49,680 bases of DNA, taken from positions 1 through 49,680 of the forward strand of contig CAJVXH010000003.1 in the NCBI GenBank assembly GCA_913009835.1. The letters are read 5' to 3'. This document shows, piece by piece, positions 1-8,883 of this stretch. Made by a program: the position numbers and the translations under genes. The stretch's first letter is position 1. Every line of letters begins with the position of its first letter. The DNA comes from an uncultured bacterium. Its GTDB lineage: Bacteria; Electryoneota; Electryoneia; Electryoneales; Electryoneaceae. The notes beneath the pieces were generated by a model. The model made no database searches, was not told the DNA's origin, and saw nothing but the letters and a program-made list of their open reading frames with translations.

Positions 1-45
1 GGGGCTACCCATCCATACATAAGTATCTGAGGAGTGGCACAGCTG

Positions 46-292
46 GTCAGCCTGACGTTGCAGACGGAAGGATCTCGGTGTTATCACTGGGATGATCCCA
101 GACATAAATGTCTGGGGCATGACACAACATGTCATCCTGACGTCGCAGACGGAAGGATCTCGGTGTTGACCCTGGGATGATCCCAGACATAAATGTCTGG
201 GGCATGACACAGCATGTCATCCTGACGTCGCAGACGGAAGGATCTCGGTGTTAACACTGGGATGATCCCAGACATAAATGTCTGGGGCATGA
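46..292. repeat. Tandem array of three 85-bp REP-like palindromic units
   Basis: CCTGACG recurs at 51, 136 and 221 (period 85). Each unit has GTCA(T/G)CCTGAC..GAAGGATCTCGGTGTT plus the hairpin CCCAGACAT-AA-ATGTCTGGG. Units are near-identical. Confidence 0.95.
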
Positions 293-307
293 GTTAAGGA
301 TGGGAAG

Positions 308-535
308 TCAGGATTCAGCCGATTCAGAGTCAGGGTTGGATCGCGGGGTTTTCTTGAACGGGATGAAACCAGCGACGACGAAACCCAGCAATCCGCCGAA
401 ACCGATCGCCCTCCACGGATTCGCCCAGATCGCGCAATGACCAGTGACGCAACCTACTTTATAATAGTACAACCAGCCTAGAAAACCACCAAGAATCACG
501 CCTGCCAAATGCACTGCCATTGACACTCGATTCAT
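308..535 (-). CDS. Small membrane protein, DUF6132-like
   Basis: Two hydrophobic helices flanking GWLYYYKVGCVTGHCAIWANP, matching the YYxxxGCxxGxCxIxxNP pattern. Overlaps the upstream ORF by 4 nt. Confidence 0.7.
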   Translation of the reverse strand: MNRVSMAVHLAGVILGGFLGWLYYYKVGCVTGHCAIWANPWRAIGFGGLLGFVVAGFIPFKKTPRSNPDSESAES

Positions 536-819
536 CGTGAATCCTTCTCTTTTAAGTCTAAATCGTTATTATAATCGTCCAGATCCAGCACTTGCATTAG
601 ACGATAACAGACATCCTCCGGCGGTCGTTCACAGGGAGCCTTTTGAAAAACTCGAACTGTGGTGCCCAGGGTGTCCATCTGCGCACGCCAGTCAGGGTCA
701 TCTTTCATCTTTTCAATCAGACGACGACACTCTTCACGACCACGTTCCCGCCCGAGATATACCTCGAGGATGTCACAAAGCTGCTGGGGGGTCAGTAGAT
801 TTTTATCGGGCAGATCCAT
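532..819 (-). CDS. Putative anti-sigma factor (zf-HC2-like, degenerate)
   Basis: 95 aa, overlapping the end of the ECF sigma gene. The helical pattern LCDILEVYL...ECRRLIEKMKDDPDWRAQMDTL resembles zf-HC2 anti-sigmas. Confidence 0.6.
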   Translation of the reverse strand: MDLPDKNLLTPQQLCDILEVYLGRERGREECRRLIEKMKDDPDWRAQMDTLGTTVRVFQKAPCERPPEDVCYRLMQVLDLDDYNNDLDLKEKDSR

Positions 820-1471
820 CCTTGCACCTTTCCGAGAACTCGCAGAGGATCGCTCTCAATTTTACCCGGGCTCTGTGCAGATCAGCTTTGACCGCTGACA
901 CTGTTTTGCCCACATCATCGGCGATCTCCGCCATCGACAGACCTTCCAGATCCTTGAGCACGAATACCGTGCGCAAATTCAACGGCAAAGACGCAATCGC
1001 CTCATTCAACTTGTTCTTCAATTCATCGTTCAAGATGAGTTGCTCAGGATTCATCTCGAGAGATGGTAAAATCTTCCCGAAAATACCCGCCTCATCTTCG
1101 GATTCGGAAACGTCATCCGCAATCTGGACAAAATGCTTGCCTTTACGTGAGCGCATACGCATCAACGCAGCATTTGTCGCTATACGATGAATCCAGGTTC
1201 CCAGTTTACTGTTTCCACGGAACCGACCCAGCTTCTCGAAAACAGTCAGAAAGGTTTCCTGCAGAATACTCTCAGCTTCCTGTTTATTACCAGTCAGCTT
1301 AAGGCTCAGATTGTAGACATTGTCACGATGGTTCAGAACAATGGTCGTTCGAGCCTCACGATCTCCAGAGAGTGCAGCTTTAATCAGCTCAGCCTCAGCG
1401 AGACGTTCAGCCTCCTGAACCTGATCTGCATTCAAATCCTCTGCAACTGTATCAGTGATTTTGTTGTCCAT
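803..1471 (-). CDS. ECF-family RNA polymerase sigma-70 factor
   Basis: Region 2 (AESILQETFL..FRGNSKLGTWIHRIATN) and region 4 (LRTVFVLKDLEGLSMAEIADDVGKTVSAVKADLHRAR). Start placed at ATG 1471 rather than 1564. Confidence 0.92.
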   Translation of the reverse strand: MDNKITDTVAEDLNADQVQEAERLAEAELIKAALSGDREARTTIVLNHRDNVYNLSLKLTGNKQEAESILQETFLTVFEKLGRFRGNSKLGTWIHRIATNAALMRMRSRKGKHFVQIADDVSESEDEAGIFGKILPSLEMNPEQLILNDELKNKLNEAIASLPLNLRTVFVLKDLEGLSMAEIADDVGKTVSAVKADLHRARVKLRAILCEFSERCKDGSAR

Positions 1472-1610
1472 AACTTTCAAGGTAGAATCTGCGCCCGGCC
1501 TGCGTCGAGCTCTATCCAATGGATGGCTCTCTGCATACGGACTTGTCAGGCAAACGGTTCCCACCTTGATAGTGGGATGCGTGAATCAGGAGAAAGTTGC
1601 CGTACATGAT

Positions 1611-2087
1611 TCAACTGCGCTTCAATCGTTTGACCAGATCGGACAAACTGTCAGGGCTCAGATCGAGCGAATCGGCTTCGGGAGGATCAGAGGTTTCGTC
1701 AAGAAGCGGAGAGATGTGTTCGGCTGGCACGGGTTCGGATCCAAAGTCGGCTGTCTGTTCATAGGGCAATGCCTGAGCTTCTGCCGCCTGTGCATTCTCT
1801 ACGCCGCTAATCTTGCCGTACCAGCTGGTGAGAAGGCCCAACGGTCCCGATCTCAGCGAAATCATATGGTTGCGGCCCCGCTTGAGACGCACAATCATTC
1901 CCGCCTTCTCAAGCACCGCCAGATGCCGTGAGATAGAGGGCATACTCACCCCCGCCCCCTCGGAGAGTTCGCCGACATTGATGTCGCGCTCCGCCAACCG
2001 TTCGATTAACTCACGGCGCAATGGATTCGCCAAAGCGTGCAGCAGCAGGTCGAGTGGATTGTCGTTATGTGAGATATCTTCACTCAT
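1611..2087 (-). CDS. ArsR/SmtB-family transcriptional regulator
   Basis: ALANPLRRELIERL...VGELSEGAGVSMPSISRHLAVLEKAGMIVRLKRGR winged-HTH signature, followed by an acidic low-complexity tail. Confidence 0.88.
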   Translation of the reverse strand: MSEDISHNDNPLDLLLHALANPLRRELIERLAERDINVGELSEGAGVSMPSISRHLAVLEKAGMIVRLKRGRNHMISLRSGPLGLLTSWYGKISGVENAQAAEAQALPYEQTADFGSEPVPAEHISPLLDETSDPPEADSLDLSPDSLSDLVKRLKRS

Positions 2088-2120
2088 TATTGTGTTCCAG
2101 TTAACTCCGTCATAGAATAT

Positions 2121-2657
2121 CAGGCCCGTGGAGTGCTTGTCAAGCGCGGATTATCCAGAGGTTAACAACGAGATCCTTCTCGGAAGACTTGCAACTGACC
2201 AAGTCATCCGTCAGGATGACATGTATGAAGACCAGTGAGAGAAGACTTGTCAAGCGCGGATTATCCAGAGGTTAACAACGAGATCCTTCTCGGAAGACTT
2301 GCAACTGACCAAGTCATCCGTCAGGATGACATGTATGAAGACCAGTGAGAGAAGACTTGTCAAGCGCGGATCATCCAGAGGTTAACAACGAGATCCTTCT
2401 CGGAAGACTTGCAACTGACCAAGTCATCCGTCAGGATGACATGTATGAAGACCAGTGAGAGAAGACTTGTCAAGCGCGGATTATCCAGAGGTTAACACCG
2501 AGATCCTTCTCGGATGACTTGCAACTGACCAAGTCATCCGTCAGGATGACATGTTGAAGACCAGTGAGAGAAGACTTGTCAAGCGCGGATTATCCAGAGG
2601 TTAACACCGAGATCCTTCTCGTGCATCGTAAACAACCACGATGCAAGTCAGGATGAC
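2121..2657. repeat. Tandem array of 110-bp REP-like units (4 full plus 1 variant)
   Basis: CAAGCGCGGA at 2141, 2251, 2361, 2471 and 2580. Each unit contains GAGATCCTTC-[hairpin]-GTCAGGATGAC, the reverse complement of the core of the 46-292 array. Confidence 0.95.
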
Positions 2658-3952
2658 GATCTTCTTGCCCGTGCCAACAACTCACTGAGAAACGCAACTG
2701 TCCCCTCCCCACGTCGATCCCAGTGCAGAGTCTTCGCTTGACGATATGCGGCGTCCGCGAGTTGATCGTATCGTTCGCGATCCTCGAGTAATCTCGACAT
2801 CGCAGCTGTCAAATCTGCACGATCACCAGGCTTTACATACAAAGCCGCATCGCCGGCCAACTCCCGTACAGCAGGTAAATCCGAGGCGATTACGGGAACC
2901 GCCTGCGATAAATAATCGAACAGTTTCGAGGGAGCGGTTAAATAGCGATTGTAGAAAGTATCGGTCAGGGGAAGCAATGCCACCGACACAGTCCGCAAGT
3001 GTTTCAACAATTCTGGCACCGGCAGCCAACCTGTCACTTCCGCAACATCGGTCATCCCCAGCGACTCAATCCGAGCTCGCATGGCATCGGTTTCTTGAGT
3101 TCCCCGTCCCCCGATAAGCAACAGGCGGACATCGTTCATCTGCAAATCCCGGAATGCTTCCAGAACATCCATGGAGCCCTTGATTCCGGTGAGCGTGCCG
3201 ACGTAGCCGATAGTCCTACGACCGAAACGTTCGGGATTCGGTGGGGTGGTCGCGTTCAAGCCAGGGTGAATCGCACGGATCGCCACACCTGGATTATCCG
3301 CGCTTGCAAGCAAGCACGGGCCTGCCACACCTGGATTATCCGCGCTTGCAAGCAAGCACGGGCCTGTGCCTGTGCCTGTGCCTGTGAGATACTTCTGGTA
3401 CCATTGAGCCTGAACGTCCAGAAGCGGTATCAGCCCATCGAGCTTAGGCAGACATTTGTTCTCAAAACGCGAATACTCTTTCCAGCGTGTCTCACGGCCG
3501 GTATCGTCACGCGCGCTGAGATCCATATAGAAATTGTGCGTGTCATGAACAGCGACCAGCCCCGCTTTCCGCCAACGGACGAGATGCGGTAACGCTCGCG
3601 TGTCACGTGACATCACCGCATTGACACCCTGCTCTCGTTGGAGTTTCTTCAGAAGATTACCTGCTCGGACGAAGAAAAGGTATGGATCTGAAGCTGGCCG
3701 CCAACCAGCGGTGGGGATTACGTGAATGCGTAGTCCGGGTGGTGGAGTGTGACCGTATTCCTTTTGAAGCACGTCCAGAGGGTCGGAATATTGTTTCGCA
3801 CGTGGATGCAAAGATGAGCGAACGATTAAATGTACTTCCGCGCCAGCTCGAGCCATCGAGGTCACGTAATTCGCGTTGAACGGACCGGCCGGGATTTCGG
3901 ACGGCCAGCGAATCTGGCTTACATAGGCGATACGGAGTGGGATTTCGGGCAT
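2648..3952 (-). CDS. Glycosyltransferase family 4 (GT-B)
   Basis: IGYVGTLTGIKG, PSKLFDYLSQAVPVIASDLP and ALYVKPGD motifs. Start placed at MPEIP (3952). The stop codon lies within the last repeat unit. Confidence 0.9.
   Translation of the reverse strand: MPEIPLRIAYVSQIRWPSEIPAGPFNANYVTSMARAGAEVHLIVRSSLHPRAKQYSDPLDVLQKEYGHTPPPGLRIHVIPTAGWRPASDPYLFFVRAGNLLKKLQREQGVNAVMSRDTRALPHLVRWRKAGLVAVHDTHNFYMDLSARDDTGRETRWKEYSRFENKCLPKLDGLIPLLDVQAQWYQKYLTGTGTGTGPCLLASADNPGVAGPCLLASADNPGVAIRAIHPGLNATTPPNPERFGRRTIGYVGTLTGIKGSMDVLEAFRDLQMNDVRLLLIGGRGTQETDAMRARIESLGMTDVAEVTGWLPVPELLKHLRTVSVALLPLTDTFYNRYLTAPSKLFDYLSQAVPVIASDLPAVRELAGDAALYVKPGDRADLTAAMSRLLEDRERYDQLADAAYRQAKTLHWDRRGEGTVAFLSELLARARRSSS
3282..3386. 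repeat. In-frame 42-bp tandem duplication plus GTGCCT microsatellite inside the GT4 gene
   Basis: GCCACACCTGGATTATCCGCGCTTGCAAGCAAGCACGGGCCT twice (3282-3365), then GTGCCT repeats. Encodes TGTGTGT-(GPCLLASADNPGVA)x2. Confidence 0.93.
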
Positions 3953-3985
3953 CCGGTTACCCTGTAAACACAATCACGCGATTGC

Positions 3986-4088
3986 CCCGACTTGCTCGTC
4001 AAGTCGGGATGGTGCTGGTTCCGGGGACATTTTGAGGACAAAGTGTCCCCGGATAGCTTATCCCTGCTGGCAGAGCCCGCAGGGGCAC
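3986..4088. repeat. Cluster of three GC-rich hairpins (REP-like)
   Basis: CCCGACTTG-ctcgt-CAAGTCGGG; TCCGGGGACA..TGTCCCCGGA; CCCTGC..GCAGGGG. Confidence 0.65.
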
Positions 4089-4190
4089 CTGTTCTTGAGC
4101 TGAAGGTAATAAATATCTGACGACAGAAATAACTATACGAAAAAGCGCCCCAATATGGGGCGCAGATATACTCATATCAAAACATCCGAA

Positions 4191-4778
4191 CTATTCGGAA
4201 CTAGTCTCTTCCTCATCTTCACCCTTTTTTCCAATGAAGATCTCGTTGAGCATCTCTTCATTGAAATAGATCACCCGGTCAGCATGAGTCGCGAGCTGTT
4301 CGGAGAGGCCGCGTGGGAAGAAGGCACTGACTACTTCCAGGCCCATCTCCTTGCCATACTCGACCACTTCAGCGAGATCCTTGTCACCGGACACGATCAC
4401 CGCAACTTCACAGGCACGGTTTACAGCCAGACGCACGAGGTCAATCGCCAGCTTGACATCCAGCCCCTTTTCAACCGCGTAATGTTTGCGAGTAGAATCC
4501 TCACCACGTACTTGATAATAAACCAACTTGCCAAGACGCAATGTCAGGTACTGGGTATGTGCCAAGTGAGTGATGAACCGTTGCTGCTTCTCATAGTTGT
4601 CAGGATCAAATTCAGCATCCACCTTGGCATTATAGTAGTAGATCCTGAGTAATTCACCCCCGGTTTTTTGAGCAAGTACTTTCCCGAACTGCTGAAAGTC
4701 CACGTCCATTCGACCAACATTGTCACGCAGACCGTTGTAGAAATTACTACCGTCGATAAACACCGCAACACGCTTCAT
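4191..4778 (-). CDS. NYN-domain (LabA/DUF88, PIN-like) protein
   Basis: VFIDGSNFY, EKGLDVKLAID and IVSGDKDL motifs. Start placed at MKRVAV. Confidence 0.92.
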   Translation of the reverse strand: MKRVAVFIDGSNFYNGLRDNVGRMDVDFQQFGKVLAQKTGGELLRIYYYNAKVDAEFDPDNYEKQQRFITHLAHTQYLTLRLGKLVYYQVRGEDSTRKHYAVEKGLDVKLAIDLVRLAVNRACEVAVIVSGDKDLAEVVEYGKEMGLEVVSAFFPRGLSEQLATHADRVIYFNEEMLNEIFIGKKGEDEEETSSE

Positions 4779-5148
4779 CCTGATACTCCATGGTTTTGCA
4801 ACGACACAGTTTTTGTGCCAGGAAGCCGCAAGGCTCAAAGGAGGGAAAAGAAAGCGTATGCAATCTTAATTTTCGAGACCGACTCACCCGCGCGGAACAG
4901 CCAGATCCCGTAATACATTCCCGGCACAACTCTTATTAAATACAGACTTTAATGTCGTATCTAGTGAGAACAAAGTCAAGAGATCCGTCGGACACCTCCA
5001 TGTCTTCAATCATTTATCGTGATCGAGACTTTGGAGAATTGCATCCCTGGTCACGAGCCCTCGAAATTAACTTGTGAAGTTGTTCACCTCACAACTTCAG
5101 CGTACCTTGCCTATGTTAAAGCTGATGTCAAATTAGGACAGAAACCGC

Positions 5149-5616
5149 ATGCGATTCAGCGACCTCATCTCTCATGAGACGATAGATCTCAATCTCCGTA
5201 GCAAGATCAAAGAGACGGTGATCAAGAACCTCGTGAAGAAAGCCTCCGATGCTCACAACCTCCAAGCCAGCAGCATTATCAAAGCTGTGCTTGACAGGGA
5301 GCGTGCACTACCAACTGGTGTCGGGCAAGGCGTAGCGGTTCCGCATGCAACTCTGGAATCCCTGGACAAACCCATCATTGGATTCGGAAGAACAAAGGCC
5401 GGCATCAATTTTGATTCCATTGATGGAGCACCGGTGCATCTCATCTTCTTGCTCATAACACCTGGAGGAGATGTTCCGTTACATCTCAAAGTGCTAAGCC
5501 GAATCAGCCGTCTCTGCCAACAACCGGCTCTGCGTGACGATCTTCTCTCAGCAACATCATCCCAGCAAATATTGGATGCCCTCAAAGCGGCCGAACACAG
5601 TTTCCGGGATCTATGA
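5149..5616 (+). CDS. PTS EIIA component (PtsN/EIIA-Fru-like)
   Basis: RERALPTGVGQGVAVPHA with the phospho-His; GINFDSIDGAPVHLIFLL; HLKVLSRISR. Confidence 0.9.
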   Translation: MRFSDLISHETIDLNLRSKIKETVIKNLVKKASDAHNLQASSIIKAVLDRERALPTGVGQGVAVPHATLESLDKPIIGFGRTKAGINFDSIDGAPVHLIFLLITPGGDVPLHLKVLSRISRLCQQPALRDDLLSATSSQQILDALKAAEHSFRDL

Positions 5617-7349
5617 CCACTGCTGACATCGTTGTCGTCGTCGCCTACCTGCTGCTCGTGTTCTACATCGGGGCACGCTTCACCAAGCGCGCTAACATCG
5701 ACACCAACAGCTATTTCCTCTCAAGCCGGAATCTACCCTGGTGGATCGCCGGGACAAGCATGGTCGCGACCAGCTTCTCATGTGACACTCCATTGTATGT
5801 GACCCAGCTGGTGCGTTCAGGTGGAATCTCACTCAACTGGCAATGGTGGTCGTTCGCGGTCGGGGGGTTGTTCAGCGCCTTCCTGCTAGCGAGGTTGTGG
5901 CGACGTGCGGAAGTCGTCACCGACTTGGAACTCGCCGAAATCCGATACGGCGGCAAAGCTGGCGCAATCCTGCGCATCGTGAAAGCCGGATGGATGGCGC
6001 TGGCGATTAACACCATTGCGATGAGCTGGGTTCTGTTGGCGATGGCCAAAATTATAGGTGCCGTCTGGGGCGGGCCGAAATGGGTCGGTGTTATTAGCGC
6101 AGCCGGATTGGCCGTGGGGTACTCGTTCATGGCCGGATTCTGGGGCGTGGTGGTCACCGATCTGGCCCAGTTTATCATCGCCCTGGCCGGAGCGGTTGTG
6201 CTGGCGGTGGTCGCTGTCAACGCTGCCGGCGGCATGGACGCCATCATCGCCGCTGTACCCCCCGACATGCTGCAAATGCTCCCCTCCGCCCCGCCTGATT
6301 CCATATTCAGCGGGGAATTCTGGACTGGAGCGTTCGGCGGATTCATCGTATACGCATCCATCCAATGGTGGGCTAACATCAACGCCGACGGCGGCGGAAA
6401 AGTCATCCAACGCATGTCCGCCACCAAGAACGAAGCGCACGCATTCGGGGCAACGTTATGGTTTAACGTCGCCCACTACGCGCTACGCACCTGGCCATGG
6501 ATTATCGCCGCGCTGGCGAGTCTCGTCCTGTATCCCAATCTCACCGACCATGAGATGGCATATCCAATGATGATCGTGGACTTACTCCCATCACCATGGA
6601 CTGGATTCCTGGTGGCAGGATTGGTGGCAGCCTTCATGTCAACCATCGACACCCAGCTCAATTGGGGCTCGAGTTACCTCACGCACGACATCTATCGACG
6701 TTGGATCGCCCCCGGAAAATCGGAGAAACACTATATCGGCGCGGCGAAGATCTCGATGATTGTCCTGATCGCTATCACCGCGTTGATCGCCCAGAGAATA
6801 GATTCCGTCACTGAAGCCTTCAAGTTCATCATCGCTTTTGGTGCAGGAACCGGCCCGATACTCATACTGCGTTGGTTCTGGTGGAGAGTTAATGCCTGGT
6901 CTGAAATCGCGGCGATGGTGGCGTCAACGGTGATCAGCACCTGGGTATACCTGAGCGGCGTGGAGATGTCCTTCCCGCTGCGGATCGTGACAATAGCCAT
7001 AGGATCGGCGCTGGTATGGCTGCCGGTGCTGTTCCTCACACCCGCCTCAGATGGCGCCACTCTACGCGCATTCTACCTGAAAATTCATCCGCCGGGGGCC
7101 TGGAAGAAGATTCGCTGGCAGTTCGAACCGGAAACGCTTTATGAAAATAACGGTCACACTCCGGTCTACATGAAACACGATCTGCTCGGATGGCTGGGCG
7201 GATTAATGCTGGTGTTCGGACTCATGTTCGGGATCGGCTACACCATCTTCAGCGATTGGCTGGCGATGGGGATTTCATTTGCCGCTGCGCTGGCTGGACT
7301 GGGGTTGGTTGCTTGGTGGTGGGGAGTTGTGTCGCGTGAGAGCAAGTGA
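5613..7349 (+). CDS. Sodium:solute symporter (SSS family)
   Basis: YFLSSRNLPWWIAGTSMVATSF, QRMSATKNE and AAFMSTIDTQLNWGSSY motifs; many TM helices; ATGA overlap with the EIIA gene. Confidence 0.92.
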   Translation: MTTADIVVVVAYLLLVFYIGARFTKRANIDTNSYFLSSRNLPWWIAGTSMVATSFSCDTPLYVTQLVRSGGISLNWQWWSFAVGGLFSAFLLARLWRRAEVVTDLELAEIRYGGKAGAILRIVKAGWMALAINTIAMSWVLLAMAKIIGAVWGGPKWVGVISAAGLAVGYSFMAGFWGVVVTDLAQFIIALAGAVVLAVVAVNAAGGMDAIIAAVPPDMLQMLPSAPPDSIFSGEFWTGAFGGFIVYASIQWWANINADGGGKVIQRMSATKNEAHAFGATLWFNVAHYALRTWPWIIAALASLVLYPNLTDHEMAYPMMIVDLLPSPWTGFLVAGLVAAFMSTIDTQLNWGSSYLTHDIYRRWIAPGKSEKHYIGAAKISMIVLIAITALIAQRIDSVTEAFKFIIAFGAGTGPILILRWFWWRVNAWSEIAAMVASTVISTWVYLSGVEMSFPLRIVTIAIGSALVWLPVLFLTPASDGATLRAFYLKIHPPGAWKKIRWQFEPETLYENNGHTPVYMKHDLLGWLGGLMLVFGLMFGIGYTIFSDWLAMGISFAAALAGLGLVAWWWGVVSRESK

Positions 7350-7476
7350 TTAACGCAACGAGCATCGGAGAGAAACCCGGGATCTCATCCTAGGCCTCCT
7401 GTCGGTTTGGTGAGTTGATAGCCAGTACAGCATGGTTGTATCAAATATGCGTTAACACACAATTACCTCATACTCG

Positions 7477-8878
7477 GGTTGCGTCCTTAAGTTTGTGCAA
7501 AAAGTATGAGAGGCACCTGAAACTGTCGCAGGCGTAGCCGAAGACAGTTTCAGGTGAGTCTGCTTTTCATAGAGCAGGCCATGGCTTTCCTGATTAGTTT
7601 TTGTTTTTCGCAGAACAAAACATCAGGAGGCTTAAGCCATGACCCGAGTAAAAAGTGATGCAGAAGTTTTGTTAATGCAAGAGGCGTTGCTGGATGATCC
7701 GGATTTTTTACGTTCGGTGATGCAGGCAACTCTTCAACAGTTCCTTGACAAGGAGCAGACATTTCAGCTGGGCGCAGAGCCGCACGAGCGTACGGAAGAG
7801 CGTCTTGGCTATCGCTGCGGCAGCTACGAGAGAACATTGCTGACCCGTGTTGGCAGGAGGATCACACTACGTGTGCCTCGCGACCGTGAGGGACGCTTCA
7901 GTACCCAGCTTTTTAACCGTTACCAGCGTAGCGAGAAAGCATTCGTGCTGACCCTTATCGAGATGTACGTGCAGGGTGTTTCGACACGCAAGGTGGCGAA
8001 GATCACTGAGGAGTTGTGCGGTGTGGAGGTCTCGAAGTCCCAGGTCTCAGCGCTGGCGGCGGGGCTGGACGCCGAACTTGCGATCTGGCGGAACCGCCCA
8101 CTACAAGCGCATTATCCTTATGTGTACGTGGACGCGACAATGCTGAAGACACGGACTGAAACACGCAGCAACAGCAACGAAGCGGCTTTGCTGGCTGTCG
8201 GGGTACGTGAAAGCGGACACCGTGAGATACTCGGAGTACTACTTGCGGACAGCGAGAGTGAGGCATCCTGGAGTACGATGTTCAGTGACCTTCGCGAGCG
8301 TGGTGTGGAGAGTGTCGGACTTGTGATCAGCGATGATCACCGTGGGCTGGTGAATGCGGTAGAACGTCATTTTCATGGTGCTTCATGGCAACGTTGCCAG
8401 GTGCATGTGATGCGAAACCTGATCGCGAAGTGCCCAAAGAAACGGTTGAAAGAAGTGGTTCCGATGATGAAGGATGTGTTCAGCGCGCCGGATCGGACAG
8501 AGGCTGACAGACGTCTGAAGATGATGATGGAAACGGTCAGTACGTGGAATGAGGATCTGGCGGACTGGCTTGAAACAGCTATTCCCGATGCGCTGTCGAT
8601 CCATGATTGGCCGACAGAACACCACCGGCAGATCAGGACAACGAACATGCTGGAACGTTATCATGGCGAGCTGAAACGGCGGACGCGTGTTGTTCGTATC
8701 TTCCCGAACCGCGCATCGTGCTTGCGCCTGGTAACCGCAATGGTGATGGAAATGGATGAACTGTGGACCACCGGGCGACGATATGTCAACCCCGATATGT
8801 GGGAAGAAGAGAACAAGGAAAACAAAAAACACGTCAGAGAGGCATCATAGCATTTTGCACACAATCAAGGACTTGATC
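7477..8878 (+). mobile_element. IS256-family insertion sequence
   Basis: Imperfect terminal IRs: GGTTGCGTCCTTAAGTTTGTGCAAAA (left) versus right-end reverse complement GATCAAGTCCTTGATTGTGTGCAAAA. Internal 14-bp hairpin at 7514-7556. No flanking direct repeat seen. Confidence 0.88.
7639..8850 (+). CDS. IS256-family (Mutator-like) DDE transposase
   Basis: LRVPRDREGRF, MYVQGVSTRKV, YVYVDAT, VISDDHRGL, WQRCQVHVMRN and IRTTNMLER motifs. Confidence 0.96.
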   Translation: MTRVKSDAEVLLMQEALLDDPDFLRSVMQATLQQFLDKEQTFQLGAEPHERTEERLGYRCGSYERTLLTRVGRRITLRVPRDREGRFSTQLFNRYQRSEKAFVLTLIEMYVQGVSTRKVAKITEELCGVEVSKSQVSALAAGLDAELAIWRNRPLQAHYPYVYVDATMLKTRTETRSNSNEAALLAVGVRESGHREILGVLLADSESEASWSTMFSDLRERGVESVGLVISDDHRGLVNAVERHFHGASWQRCQVHVMRNLIAKCPKKRLKEVVPMMKDVFSAPDRTEADRRLKMMMETVSTWNEDLADWLETAIPDALSIHDWPTEHHRQIRTTNMLERYHGELKRRTRVVRIFPNRASCLRLVTAMVMEMDELWTTGRRYVNPDMWEEENKENKKHVREAS

Positions 8879-8883
8879 AGCTT

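Noticed and set aside
46-292. Possible CRISPR array
   Set aside because: Whole 85-bp units are near-identical, so there are no unique spacers; no cas operon in the window.
537-1931. Plus-strand ORFs 537-1190, 1187-1609 and 1455-1931
   Set aside because: Antisense shadows of the sigma, anti-sigma and ArsR genes, with no recognisable motifs. The same applies to most short overlapping ORFs in the track.
2136-2657. Possible CRISPR array
   Set aside because: 110-bp units repeat in full with no variable spacers; better explained as a REP-like tandem array.
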